Assembly (NCBI GenBank): GCA_035468285.1 | Contig: DATISY010000009.1 | Coordinates: forward strand, 1,134-65,133 | Length of the DNA stretch: 64,000 bases | Reading direction: 5' to 3' | Source: Acidimicrobiia bacterium | GTDB lineage: Bacteria > Actinomycetota > Acidimicrobiia > IMCC26256 > PALSA-555 | Shown here: piece after piece, positions 52,997 to 62,382 of the stretch | Layout of the letters: each line of letters starts with the position of its first letter | How positions within the stretch are numbered: the first letter of the stretch is position 1 | Program-made: the position numbers and the translations under genes | Notes under the pieces: model-generated | What the model was told of the DNA's origin: nothing | The model's database searches: none | Seen by the model: only the letters and a program-made list of their open reading frames with translations

Positions 52997-53755
52997 GTGA
53001 CCCGACCCCTCGTCGCGATCCCGACGTATCCCCGCCTCGACCCCGGCCGTGTCCTGGGCTGGGCCGACGACGGCGTCGGCCTCCCCGCCCGCTACGTCGA
53101 CGCGCTCCGCCGGTCGGGTGCCCAGGAGGCGCTGTTCCTCCCGGAGCTCGACGACCACGCTGCCGGAGACGTCGTGACCCGCGTCGATGGCCTCCTCCTC
53201 GCGGGCGGCGGTGACCTCGATCCCAGCACGTACGGCGCTGCCCCCGCGGACACGGTCTACGGCGTGAGCGCGGCGCGCGACGCCACTGAGCTGGCGTTGG
53301 TCCGCGCCGCGATCGAGCGAGGGCTGCCGACGTTGGCGATCTGTCGAGGCCACCAGGTCCTCGCGGTCGCGCTCGGAGCCCAGCTCGACCAGCACATCAC
53401 GGGCCGTCCCGGGCTCCTCGACCACGGTCGACCGGGCGTTGCCGACGGGGCCCGCACCCACACGATCCGCGTCGAGCCCGACTCGAAGCTCGCCGCCGCG
53501 CTCGGCACCACGTCTCCGGCGGTGTCCTGTCACCACCATCAGGCCGTCTCCACGGTCAGTCCCCGCCTCCGGGTGGTCGCCACCGCGTCCGACGGGGTGA
53601 TCGAGGGCATCGAGCTGGTCGGCGACGACGTGTGGATCGTCGGTGTGCAATGGCACCCCGAGGACACGGCCCCGACCGATCGGGCGCAGCAGGTTCTCTT
53701 CGACACGTTCGTCCGGGCGTGCGCCCGCGATCAGCTCGGCTCCGCGGTCCCGTAG
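52997..53755 (+). CDS. Gamma-glutamyl-gamma-aminobutyrate hydrolase family (peptidase C26, class I amidotransferase-like)
   Basis: GTG 52997, with a 1-nt gap after the GS stop. Catalytic 'AICRGHQVL' Cys, 'HHHQAV', 'GVQWHPE' His/Glu. Confidence 0.85.
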   Translation: MTRPLVAIPTYPRLDPGRVLGWADDGVGLPARYVDALRRSGAQEALFLPELDDHAAGDVVTRVDGLLLAGGGDLDPSTYGAAPADTVYGVSAARDATELALVRAAIERGLPTLAICRGHQVLAVALGAQLDQHITGRPGLLDHGRPGVADGARTHTIRVEPDSKLAAALGTTSPAVSCHHHQAVSTVSPRLRVVATASDGVIEGIELVGDDVWIVGVQWHPEDTAPTDRAQQVLFDTFVRACARDQLGSAVP

Positions 53756-55284
53756 ACGGCCCGTAGGTCCTGCTTCAGGACCTTCCCCGACGCGTTGCGG
53801 GGCAAGGCGTCGACGACCTCGAGCTGCTCGGGCACCTTCTGGACCGTCAGGCCCTCCCCGGTCAGGAACTCGAAGATCTCGCTCAGCGTCGGTGCGGTGG
53901 TCTCGGACGCGACGACGACGGCGCAGCTGCGTTCCCCGAGCCGGGCGTCCGGAACGCCGATGACCGCGACGTCCGCGATACGGGGGTGGGTGAAGAGGAG
54001 GTCTTCGACTTCCTTGGCCGAGATGGTCTCCCCCTTGCGAATGATCACGTCTTTGACGCGGCCGGTGATGCGCACGTGCCGGTCGGGGCGGAGCACGCCC
54101 AGGTCACCGGTGCGGATCCATCCCTCGTCGTCGAAGGCGTCGGCGTCGAGGGACCCGTCGAGGTACCCGCGGAAGACCTGGGGGCCCTTGGCGCGGATCT
54201 CACCTTCCTCGCCGGGCGCGGCGACGGTCCCGTCGAGCCTCACGACGCGCAGCTCCACACCCGGGGTCGGTGGCCCTTCGGTCTCGGCGAGCTGCTCGTC
54301 GGTGCCGCGGACCGTGTTCATCGTGAGGATCGGTGCCTCGGTCAGCCCGTAGCCCGAGACGATGCCGACACCGCCCAGCTCGGCCTTGAGCTCGTAGTGC
54401 AGGTTCGGCGGCTTGGGCGCGGCACCGCCGGGGAAGGCACGCACCGCGGGGAAGAGCGGCACGTCAGGTTGCGCGCGTTGCGCAGCGAGATAGGCAAGGT
54501 GAAAGGTCGTCCCGGCGCCGGCGAGCGTGATCGTTTCGCGCTGCAGGATCGGGATCGTGGTCGGTGGTACGAACGCCTCGACGAAAACTCCGGTGCAGCC
54601 AGTGACCAGGATCGTGTACAGCAGCGCGATTCCGCCGATGTGGGTGAAGGGGAACACGATTGCCGTGCGGTCGTCGGGTCCCATCTCCAGTGCTTGGAGC
54701 ATCCCATCGGCCGAGGCCTTGACCGTGTGGTCGGTGTGCTGCGCGCCCTTGGGGTCGGCAGTGGTCCCGGACGTGTAGAACACCCAGCGGACGGGGGCCT
54801 CGGCGGGTGTCGTGGAGGGGGGCGGTGGGGGCAGCGCCGCCCGGTCCCCGGCGGGCAGCGGGTGGGCGTCGTCGACGACGACGACCTGGAGGTCGGGGCG
54901 GTCCTCGCGGAGCTCATGGGCTTCGTCGGCATAGGCGCGGCCTCGCCAGACGCCGGGGACGAGGAGCATCCGGGCGTTGGTCTGGGTGGTGATGAACCGC
55001 GTCTCGCGGGGACCGAGCATGGGCAGGATCGGGTTCTGCACCGCGCCCAGGCGAGCCAACGCGCCGACGAGGACCGCGGCGTCGAGCCGTGTCGGCAGCA
55101 TCCATGACACCGGCGTGTCGCGGTCCACCCCGAGCCGGTGGAGGCCCGCCGCGGTCACCTCGGCGCGGTCGTGGAGGTCCTGCGCAGTGAGGCGCTGCTC
55201 CCGCTCGTCGACCGCGAGGACCGCATCCGGTGTCGCCGCGGCGCGAGCCACGATGAGCTCCCAGAGATTGGGGTGATCGCTCAC
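53731..55284 (-). CDS. AMP-dependent acyl-CoA synthetase
   Basis: 'FYTSGTTADPKG', 'GYGLTE', 'IRTGDLG', 'LPRNASGKVLKQDL'. Its 3' end overlaps the convergent gene by 25 nt. Confidence 0.9.
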   Translation of the reverse strand: MSDHPNLWELIVARAAATPDAVLAVDEREQRLTAQDLHDRAEVTAAGLHRLGVDRDTPVSWMLPTRLDAAVLVGALARLGAVQNPILPMLGPRETRFITTQTNARMLLVPGVWRGRAYADEAHELREDRPDLQVVVVDDAHPLPAGDRAALPPPPPSTTPAEAPVRWVFYTSGTTADPKGAQHTDHTVKASADGMLQALEMGPDDRTAIVFPFTHIGGIALLYTILVTGCTGVFVEAFVPPTTIPILQRETITLAGAGTTFHLAYLAAQRAQPDVPLFPAVRAFPGGAAPKPPNLHYELKAELGGVGIVSGYGLTEAPILTMNTVRGTDEQLAETEGPPTPGVELRVVRLDGTVAAPGEEGEIRAKGPQVFRGYLDGSLDADAFDDEGWIRTGDLGVLRPDRHVRITGRVKDVIIRKGETISAKEVEDLLFTHPRIADVAVIGVPDARLGERSCAVVVASETTAPTLSEIFEFLTGEGLTVQKVPEQLEVVDALPRNASGKVLKQDLRAVYGTAEPS

Positions 55285-55312
55285 GCCGGCTCGCGGAGCG
55301 ATGGTGTGGGGC

Positions 55313-56065
55313 TCACCCGCAGGTGATCCCTCCGTCCATCGAGACGATCTGGCCGACCATGTAGCGTGCCTCGTCGGACGCGACGAACGCGATGAGTCCG
55401 GCGATCTCCTCCGGCTCGGCGTAGCCGAGCGGGCTCGTGATCGCGGCGAAGTCCTCGGGCTTGGCTCCCTCCGGGAACCCGAACGTGTGGATCATCGGGG
55501 TGTTCATCCCGCCGGGAGCGATGGCGTTGGCTCGGACGCCCCGAGCTCGGTACTCGACGCCGAGCGCACGGGTGAGGTTGACGACACCGCCTTTCGATGC
55601 GCAGTACGCGGCCGAGTAGGGCTGGCCCATCAGCCCGGCGTTCGACGCGACGTTGACGATCGCGCCTCCCCCGCCGAGGAGGTGCGGGAGTGCCGCGCGG
55701 CACATGAGGAACGTCCCGGTGAGGTTCACTCCGATGATGCGGGACCAGTTCTCGGGGAGCTCCTCCTCGGTGCGGACGAACTTCCCGACCCCGGCGCAGT
55801 TCACGAGGATCTCGGGGCGGCCGAGGTCGTTCGCGACCTTCGCGACCGCGGGTTCGACCGATCCCCAGTCGCTGACGTCCACGGCGTACGGACGCGCCGT
55901 GCGGCCGTCGGCCTCGATCTGCGCCGCGGTGTCCTTGGCCGCGCCCTCGTCGATGTCCAGGACGGCGACCAGGGCGTGGTCGGCCGCCAGCCGCTTCGCG
56001 GTGGCCCGGCCCAGTCCGGATCCCGCTCCCGTCACCAATGCCACCCGATCGGTCAAGCGCGCCAT
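55313..56065 (-). CDS. SDR family oxidoreductase
   Basis: 'VALVTGAGSGLGRA', 'NCAGV', 'YCASKGGVVNL'. Confidence 0.9.
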   Translation of the reverse strand: MARLTDRVALVTGAGSGLGRATAKRLAADHALVAVLDIDEGAAKDTAAQIEADGRTARPYAVDVSDWGSVEPAVAKVANDLGRPEILVNCAGVGKFVRTEEELPENWSRIIGVNLTGTFLMCRAALPHLLGGGGAIVNVASNAGLMGQPYSAAYCASKGGVVNLTRALGVEYRARGVRANAIAPGGMNTPMIHTFGFPEGAKPEDFAAITSPLGYAEPEEIAGLIAFVASDEARYMVGQIVSMDGGITCG

Positions 56066-56190
56066 GACCTCTCCCCTGCTCGTGTCGGCATCCGACGCCC
56101 GAAACCTAACGCGCCGTCAGGAAACGCGGGCTGGGGCCCGGGCGGGCGGGAAGCCACCCGTTGTCCGGGTGGGTGGAACCCGGTCCGGGG

Positions 56191-56532
56191 TCAAGCCGCG
56201 CCGGAGAGATAGGCGTCGACGGCGCCGAGGTCGGCGGAGTCCGCACCGCTCAGCACGCCGAGCGTCCCTGCGATCAGGTGCTTGGCTGTCTCCATCATCT
56301 CCACCGCGTCGCTCCGCGCCACGAGCTCGACCGAGACGGCCCGGGTGAGCGCCTCGATGATGGGGTTGCCCCGATGTTCGGCCCGGACCGTCGCGAGCTG
56401 GGCCAGTGTCGCCCACCCGGCCCGCTCGGAGCCGGCACGCCACCGCACGACGAGTGGCGGGCAGACGATCCCGGTCGGCCACGCGGTGCGGATGCCCGCC
56501 CGGACACGATCCAGATGCGTCACGGAGGCCAT
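56191..56532 (-). CDS. Hypothetical protein (113 aa)
   Basis: ATG 56532 preceded by GGGGGAGGA RBS. Third codon positions are nearly all G/C. No family recognised. Confidence 0.5.
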   Translation of the reverse strand: MASVTHLDRVRAGIRTAWPTGIVCPPLVVRWRAGSERAGWATLAQLATVRAEHRGNPIIEALTRAVSVELVARSDAVEMMETAKHLIAGTLGVLSGADSADLGAVDAYLSGAA

Positions 56533-56655
56533 GGGCTGGTCCTCCCCCTTGCCGTGATCTGCACGGTACGGCCGCGGCTGCCCGCCCGCGCGGATCCATC
56601 ACCCTACTGGCGGGCCACCGCCGGGCGCCCGTGCCCCCGAATACAGTCCGACGAC

Positions 56656-58170
56656 GTGACGCCGACACCCCTCATCGGTGACTTGCTGCGCGAGGCGGCG
56701 GGCGCGCACCCCGAGCGCGAGGCCTATGTGCACGGCGAGAAGCGGGTCACCTACGCGTGGCTCGATCGGGTCGCCGACGGGTTCGCTGCCACGCTCCTCG
56801 ACTTGGGGGTCGGGCGGGGCGACGTGGTCGTGCTCCTGCTGGGGTCGTCGATCAAGTTCGCCGGCTGCTACCTCGGTGCGCTCCGCGTGGGCGCGATCAC
56901 CTCCGCGATCAACCCGCGGCTCGGTGCCGCCGAGCAGCGCAGCATCTTCGACCGCACCCAGCCACGCGTGACGGTGCTCGGCGACGGCGTTTCGCTCGCT
57001 CCGGGCGCCCCAGCCGGCCACGTGCTCGAGGTCGACGATCTCAAGAGCGCGTTCGCGAGCGGGCCGCCGACGGCGTTGCCTCGCCTCGATCCGACCGACC
57101 CGACGTGCATCGTGTGGACGAGCGGCACGACCGGGGTCCCGAAAGGCGCGGTCTACGACCACGTGACGCAAGCCGCGATCTCCCGCAACGTCGGCGAGCT
57201 CACCGCGCCCGGCGACCGGCGGCTCGTGGTCCTGCCCTTCCCGCACGTTGGCTACATGACCCGGATGTGGGACGAGCTCGCGAACGCCACCACCATCGTC
57301 CTGGTCGGTGAGCCGTGGTCCGCGACGGAGACGTTACGGCTGGTTCGCGACGAGGGGATCACCATGGCGACCGGTGTCCCGACCCAGTGGACGTTGGTGC
57401 TGGGGCACCCAGACGTGGCGCGCACGGACTTCTCCCAGCTTCGCGTCGCGGCGCTCGGGGGCGCCGCCATCCCGCCCGAGCTCGTGCGCCGGATGCGCGA
57501 CACGTTGGGGTGTCCCGTCATCACCCGGTACACGAGCACCGAAGCGGGAGTCACGACGTCCACGCTCGCCTCCGATTCCCCTGAGGTGATCGCGACGACC
57601 GTCGGCCGACCGGCCCCGGAGGTGGAGTTGCAGATCCGGGCGCCGACGGGCGGCGCACCGCTCCCCCACGGCGAGGTCGGCGAGGTCCTCTGCCGCTCAC
57701 CGGCGATGATGCGCGGCTACTGGCACGACCCGGCGCTGACCGACCAGGTCGTCGACCGCGACGGATGGCTCCACACCGGCGATCTCGGCCTCATCGGTGA
57801 CGACGGCAACCTACGCCTCGTCGGACGGCTGAAGGAGATGTACATCCGCGGCGGCTACAACGTCTACCCCGCCGAGGTCGAGTCCGTCCTCGCGGAGCAC
57901 CCAGGCGTGGCGCGCGCCGCGGTGACGGGCGCCCCGGACCCAGTCCTCGGCGAGGTGGGCGTGGCCTTCCTCGTCCTGGTCCCCGACGCGGACCCGAGCT
58001 CGGTGACGCTCGAAGCGCTGCGGGGCTGGTGTCGGGCCCGCGTCGCGGACTACAAGGCCCCCGACCGGGTCATCGTCGTCGATGACCTGCCCATCACGCC
58101 CATGCTCAAGATCGACAAGCGGGCCTTGACGGCCCTGGCGAACAAGGAGCCCCACGATGAACGCCTCTGA
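56656..58170 (+). CDS. AMP-dependent acyl-CoA synthetase
   Basis: GTG 56656 (VTPTPLIGD). 'VWTSGTTGVPKG', 'RYTSTE', 'LHTGDLG', 'LPITPMLKIDKRAL'. Confidence 0.9.
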   Translation: MTPTPLIGDLLREAAGAHPEREAYVHGEKRVTYAWLDRVADGFAATLLDLGVGRGDVVVLLLGSSIKFAGCYLGALRVGAITSAINPRLGAAEQRSIFDRTQPRVTVLGDGVSLAPGAPAGHVLEVDDLKSAFASGPPTALPRLDPTDPTCIVWTSGTTGVPKGAVYDHVTQAAISRNVGELTAPGDRRLVVLPFPHVGYMTRMWDELANATTIVLVGEPWSATETLRLVRDEGITMATGVPTQWTLVLGHPDVARTDFSQLRVAALGGAAIPPELVRRMRDTLGCPVITRYTSTEAGVTTSTLASDSPEVIATTVGRPAPEVELQIRAPTGGAPLPHGEVGEVLCRSPAMMRGYWHDPALTDQVVDRDGWLHTGDLGLIGDDGNLRLVGRLKEMYIRGGYNVYPAEVESVLAEHPGVARAAVTGAPDPVLGEVGVAFLVLVPDADPSSVTLEALRGWCRARVADYKAPDRVIVVDDLPITPMLKIDKRALTALANKEPHDERL

Positions 58171-58963
58171 ACGCCGCTACCAGCGACCGGACGTGCCGCG
58201 CGACGACCGTCAGATCCGGGTCGGGTCCCTCCTGTTCACCATGGTCGAGCCCCATCGGGGCCACGAAGTCGCGTACAACCGCTGGTACGAGCGTGACCAC
58301 TTCTACGCCGGGTGCATGGTCGGCAAGTGGCAATTCGCCGGTGCCCGGTACGTCGCGACGCGGGACTGCAAGGCGAAGCGGTACCCGGCGGCGTCGCCGA
58401 TCACCCCCGATCCGATGGTCGGCTCGTACCTCGCGGTCTACTGGGTCCTCGACGGCCACCACGACGAGTGGAACGAGTGGGGCGTCGAGCAAGTGAACTG
58501 GCTCCACGCCAACGAGCGCATGTTCCTCGACCGTGACCACATCCACACCGCGCTCTACACCTACGCCGACGAGCTGAACGGTCCCGGGAGCACCATGCCG
58601 GTGGAGCTGGCCCTCGACCGCGCCTATCCGGGCATCGTCGCCGTGATCGGTGAAGCCGGCGACGGCGGCGTCGAAGCTGTCACCGAGTGGTCACGGGAAC
58701 GGGGCTGCCCCGCCGACGTGATGCTGGTGGGCACACCACTCCCACTGCGCGGTGACCGGCCCGCCGACGTTCCCGACCAGCCGACCGGGAACCGGTTCCT
58801 GCACCTCTACTTCTCCGCCGAGAACCCGCTCGACGTGTGGGACGAACGGTACGCGTCCCTGGGCGCGGAGCTCGCCGCGAGCGGGACCGGCGAGGTGCTG
58901 TTCGCGTCACCGTTCCTCTCGACGATCCCCGGGACCGACACCTACACCGACGAGCTGTGGTGA
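58157..58963 (+). CDS. Conserved hypothetical protein, tandem Dabb/EthD-like ('NxWYxxxH') architecture
   Basis: 14-nt overlap with the ligase 3' end. 'LLFTMVEPHRGHEVAYNRWYERDHF...YLAVYWV', then a second half 'FLHLYFSAENPLDVWDERY'. Good coding statistics. Confidence 0.6.
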   Translation: MNASERRYQRPDVPRDDRQIRVGSLLFTMVEPHRGHEVAYNRWYERDHFYAGCMVGKWQFAGARYVATRDCKAKRYPAASPITPDPMVGSYLAVYWVLDGHHDEWNEWGVEQVNWLHANERMFLDRDHIHTALYTYADELNGPGSTMPVELALDRAYPGIVAVIGEAGDGGVEAVTEWSRERGCPADVMLVGTPLPLRGDRPADVPDQPTGNRFLHLYFSAENPLDVWDERYASLGAELAASGTGEVLFASPFLSTIPGTDTYTDELW

Positions 58964-58966
58964 GCC

Positions 58967-59392
58967 TCAGGCGGCCGAGTCCCGCGGCCGGAACATCGGC
59001 AGCGTGAGCTCGTCGTCGACCGCCTCGAACGTGACCTCGACGGGAAGGTCGAGGCGCAGCACCTCGGGTCCGGCGCCACGGAGGTTGGTGACGACCCGGA
59101 CGCCCTCGTCGGTCTCCACGACGATGACCGCATAGGGGATCTCGGGGGCGAACGCCGGGCTCATCGCCTGGTGCACGACCGTCCACGTGAACACGCGGCC
59201 CCGGCCCGTGGAGCGACCCCACGCCCACCGCGCCGATCCGCACGCCGCGCACAGCGCCCGGGGCGGGTGCCGCCAAGTGCCGCAGTCCTCGCAGCGCTGG
59301 AACCGGAGCTCCCCACGGGCGCAGTAGTCGTAGTACGCCGCGGTCATGCCCTCCAGCACGGGCCGGGGCTTGGGCGCGGTCGGCGGCGTCAC
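58967..59392 (-). CDS. DUF35 OB-fold / rubredoxin-like zinc-ribbon protein
   Basis: '[25 protein letters not shown]' four-Cys ribbon followed by an OB-fold ('[11 protein letters not shown]...[18 protein letters not shown]'). ATGA-type 4-nt overlap with the upstream thiolase-like gene. Confidence 0.8.
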   Translation of the reverse strand: MTPPTAPKPRPVLEGMTAAYYDYCARGELRFQRCEDCGTWRHPPRALCAACGSARWAWGRSTGRGRVFTWTVVHQAMSPAFAPEIPYAVIVVETDEGVRVVTNLRGAGPEVLRLDLPVEVTFEAVDDELTLPMFRPRDSAA

Positions 59393-60564
59393 CGGTCTCG
59401 CCCCAGGATCGCGAGGCTCCCGTCGCCGAAGTCACCCCAACCGGTGACGACCCCGACCTCGGCGTCGGGGACTTGCGCCGCGCCGGCGTCGCCACGGAGC
59501 TGGCGGGTCGCCTCGACGATGTGGTTCAGACCCCAGACGTGACCCTGGGACAGCAGGCCACCGTGGGTGTTCATCGGGTACCGGCCGCCGAGCTCGATGG
59601 TCCCGCCGGCGACGAAGTCCGGTGCCTCGCCCCGGCCGCAGAGGCCCAACGCTTCCAGCTCGAGGAGCACGATGTGGGTGAAGCAGTCGTACACCTCGAG
59701 GAAGTCGAGCTCCTCGGGGCGGACGCCGGCCTGCGCGAACGCCTCGGGCGCCGCGTACGACAAGCCGATCTGGAACGGATCGGCGCGGCTCGGGATGTCG
59801 TCGGCGGGGTATGGGTGGCCCTCGGCGGCTCCGAGAATCAGCACCGGGCGGTGGGCCAGGTCACGAGCGCGGTCGTGCGTCGTGACGATGTACGCCGCGG
59901 CGGCATCCGTCTCCAGGCAGCAGTCGAAGAGACGGAACGGTTCGGAGATGAACCGCGCGGACCGGTACTCGTCGAGCGTCAGCTCCCGTCCCCGCATCAA
60001 CGCCTTCTCGTTCAGCTGCGCGTGACGGCGACACGCGAGCGCGACCGCGGCGGTGGCCTCCTCGGGCACGTGGAACTCCTGCTGGTACCGCATCGCGAGC
60101 CACGCGTACATCTGCACGGCGGCCATCGCGCCGTACGGTCGGTAGTAGTCGATCGCCGTGTCGACCACCGATGTGGACAGGAAGGCATGGCGGGGCCGGC
60201 GGGCTCCCGGTTTGGGCCGGAAGATCGAGTATCCGTTCCATCCCACCGTGACGAGCACCGTCGAGGCGATCCCGGTCGTCACCGCGGTCGCGGCGTGCTG
60301 CAACGCCGCGGTGGGGCTGGCGCCGCCCATCATGACCGTCGCCGCGAACCGCAGGTTCTCGATCCCGAGATTGGCAGCGAGCTCCTCTGCCGTGGTGAAG
60401 CCGGCGGGTGGGATGATGCCGTCGAGGTCGCCGCGGGTGAGGCCGGCGTCGTCGAGCGCGGCGAGTGACGCGTCCAGCATCAGCTCGAACGGGAGCCGGT
60501 CCGAGCCGCGCGTGTAGGCGGTTTCGGCGACCCCGACGACCGCCGCGCCGTCTCGGGTGGTCAT
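59389..60564 (-). CDS. Thiolase-like (SCP-x / Ltp-type) protein
   Basis: '[15 protein letters not shown]' start. C-terminal '[27 protein letters not shown]'. The usual N-terminal Cys-acyl motif is not evident. Paired with DUF35 as in Ltp2-type enzymes. Confidence 0.85.
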   Translation of the reverse strand: MTTRDGAAVVGVAETAYTRGSDRLPFELMLDASLAALDDAGLTRGDLDGIIPPAGFTTAEELAANLGIENLRFAATVMMGGASPTAALQHAATAVTTGIASTVLVTVGWNGYSIFRPKPGARRPRHAFLSTSVVDTAIDYYRPYGAMAAVQMYAWLAMRYQQEFHVPEEATAAVALACRRHAQLNEKALMRGRELTLDEYRSARFISEPFRLFDCCLETDAAAAYIVTTHDRARDLAHRPVLILGAAEGHPYPADDIPSRADPFQIGLSYAAPEAFAQAGVRPEELDFLEVYDCFTHIVLLELEALGLCGRGEAPDFVAGGTIELGGRYPMNTHGGLLSQGHVWGLNHIVEATRQLRGDAGAAQVPDAEVGVVTGWGDFGDGSLAILGRDR

Positions 60565-60591
60565 GGCCGGGGCAGACTACCGTCCGCGCCG

Positions 60592-61611
60592 ATGAAGCTG
60601 GACCACTACCTGCGCGCCGACCTGCCCGCCACCGCGCGTGTGGCGTCGCAGCTGGAAGCGCTCGGCTTCGATGGTCTGTACACCGCGGAAGGGCCGCACG
60701 AACCGTTCCTGCCGCTGGCGCTGGCCGCGGAGCACACCAGCCGGGCGACGCTCTTCACCAACATCGCGGTGGCGTTCGCCCGGAGCCCGATGGATCTCGC
60801 CCAGACCGCCAACGACCTCCAGCTCGGGTCGAAGGGACGGTTCGTCCTCGGTGTCGGCTCCCAGATCCGGCCCCACATCCAGAACCGCTTCTCGATGCCG
60901 TGGCAGCGGCCAGTGGAACGCATGCGGGAGCTGGTCCTGGCGATCAAGGCGATCCACCGGACGTGGAACGAGCGCGTGCCTCTCGAGTTCCCGGGCGCGC
61001 AGTTCACGCACACCCTCATGACGCCGTTCTTCGACCCGGGCCCAAACCCGTTTGGGCCGCCGCCCATCTGGGTCGCGGGCCTGGGGCCGCAGATGACGCG
61101 GGCCGCCGCCGAAGTCGGGGATGGGCTGCTCGTCCACCCGTTCCACTCGGGCCGCTTCGTGCGGGAGCGTCTGGCGCCGACCGTCACCGAAGGGCTCGCC
61201 GCGTCGGGCCGCCCCCGGGGAGCGTTCACGGTCGCGGCGGTGCCGATCGTCTGCACCGGTCGCACGGACGAGGAGCGCGCGGCCGCTGCTGCAGGAGTCC
61301 GACGGCTCTTGGCGTTCTACGGGTCGACGCCGGCGTATCGCGTGACGTTGGACCTGCACGGGTGGGGTGAGCTCCAGACCGAGCTGAACCGGCTCTCGAA
61401 GGCCGGGCGTTGGGCCGAGCTGGCGGATCGAATCGACGACGAGGTGCTCGAGACGCTCACGGTGTCCGGCCCGCCGGAGGAGATCGGGGCGCGGGTGGCC
61501 GCCCGCTACGGGGACACGGTCGACCGGGTGGGGCTCTCGATGCCATACGACGTGGCCGCCGAGACGTTGACCGCGCTCGTGGCGGGCTTCGGGTCCGCTC
61601 GGACAGGATGA
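60592..61611 (+). CDS. LLM-class F420-dependent oxidoreductase
   Basis: 'QLEALGFDGLYTAEGPHEPFL', 'GRFVLGVGSQI', 'GDGLLVHPF'. Confidence 0.85.
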   Translation: MKLDHYLRADLPATARVASQLEALGFDGLYTAEGPHEPFLPLALAAEHTSRATLFTNIAVAFARSPMDLAQTANDLQLGSKGRFVLGVGSQIRPHIQNRFSMPWQRPVERMRELVLAIKAIHRTWNERVPLEFPGAQFTHTLMTPFFDPGPNPFGPPPIWVAGLGPQMTRAAAEVGDGLLVHPFHSGRFVRERLAPTVTEGLAASGRPRGAFTVAAVPIVCTGRTDEERAAAAAGVRRLLAFYGSTPAYRVTLDLHGWGELQTELNRLSKAGRWAELADRIDDEVLETLTVSGPPEEIGARVAARYGDTVDRVGLSMPYDVAAETLTALVAGFGSARTG

Positions 61612-61615
61612 CGAC

Positions 61616-62362
61616 GTGACCGACGGGCAGACCTTCGAGGACCGGGTGGCGCTCGTGACCGGCGCGGGGCAGGGCGTCGGGGCGGGGATCGCCAGCCGGC
61701 TCGCCGCGGCCGGCGCCACCGTGGCCGTGAACGACGTGCACGCCGATCGGGCCCAGGCGATCGCGGACCGGATCACCGCGGCGGGGGGACGGGCACGACC
61801 TGCGGTCGCGGACGTGACCGACCTCGCCGCGGTGGAGACGCTGGTGGCCGACGTCGCGACGGCGGTCGGGCCGGTGGACATCCTCGTGAACAATGCGGGG
61901 ATCCCCACCGATGGGTTCGTCCCCCGCCCGTTCCGGGAGATGCCCGTCACCGAGTGGGACCGTTTCGTCCGGCTCAACCTCTATGGCGTTCTCCACGGCG
62001 TCAAGGCCACCGTGGACGGCATGTGCGACCGGGGATGGGGACGGATCGTGACCGTGTCGTCGGAGGCCGGCCGGATGGGTCTCCCCAGCGGGATCTCGCT
62101 CTACGGCGCCAGCAAGGCCGCAGCGATCGGGTTCTCCCGGCACCTGGCCCTCGAGCTGGTCGGGACGGGCGTCACGGCGAACTGTGTCGCCCTCGGGCTC
62201 ATGGCGACCGGGCCCGACGACGCCCGTCGGCCCCCGTGGCCGACGGGCCGGCTGGGCGATCCGGCGGACGTCGCCGCCGCGGTCTGCTTTCTCGCCTCCG
62301 ATGACGCCGAGTGGATCACCGGCCAGGTGCTGGGCGTCAACGGTGGAGCCCTGACGACCTGA
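61616..62362 (+). CDS. SDR family oxidoreductase
   Basis: GTG 61616. 'VALVTGAGQGVGAG', 'NNAGI', 'YGASKAAAIGF'. Confidence 0.9.
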   Translation: MTDGQTFEDRVALVTGAGQGVGAGIASRLAAAGATVAVNDVHADRAQAIADRITAAGGRARPAVADVTDLAAVETLVADVATAVGPVDILVNNAGIPTDGFVPRPFREMPVTEWDRFVRLNLYGVLHGVKATVDGMCDRGWGRIVTVSSEAGRMGLPSGISLYGASKAAAIGFSRHLALELVGTGVTANCVALGLMATGPDDARRPPWPTGRLGDPADVAAAVCFLASDDAEWITGQVLGVNGGALTT

Positions 62363-62382
62363 ACCGAACCGAGGAGCGCAAC

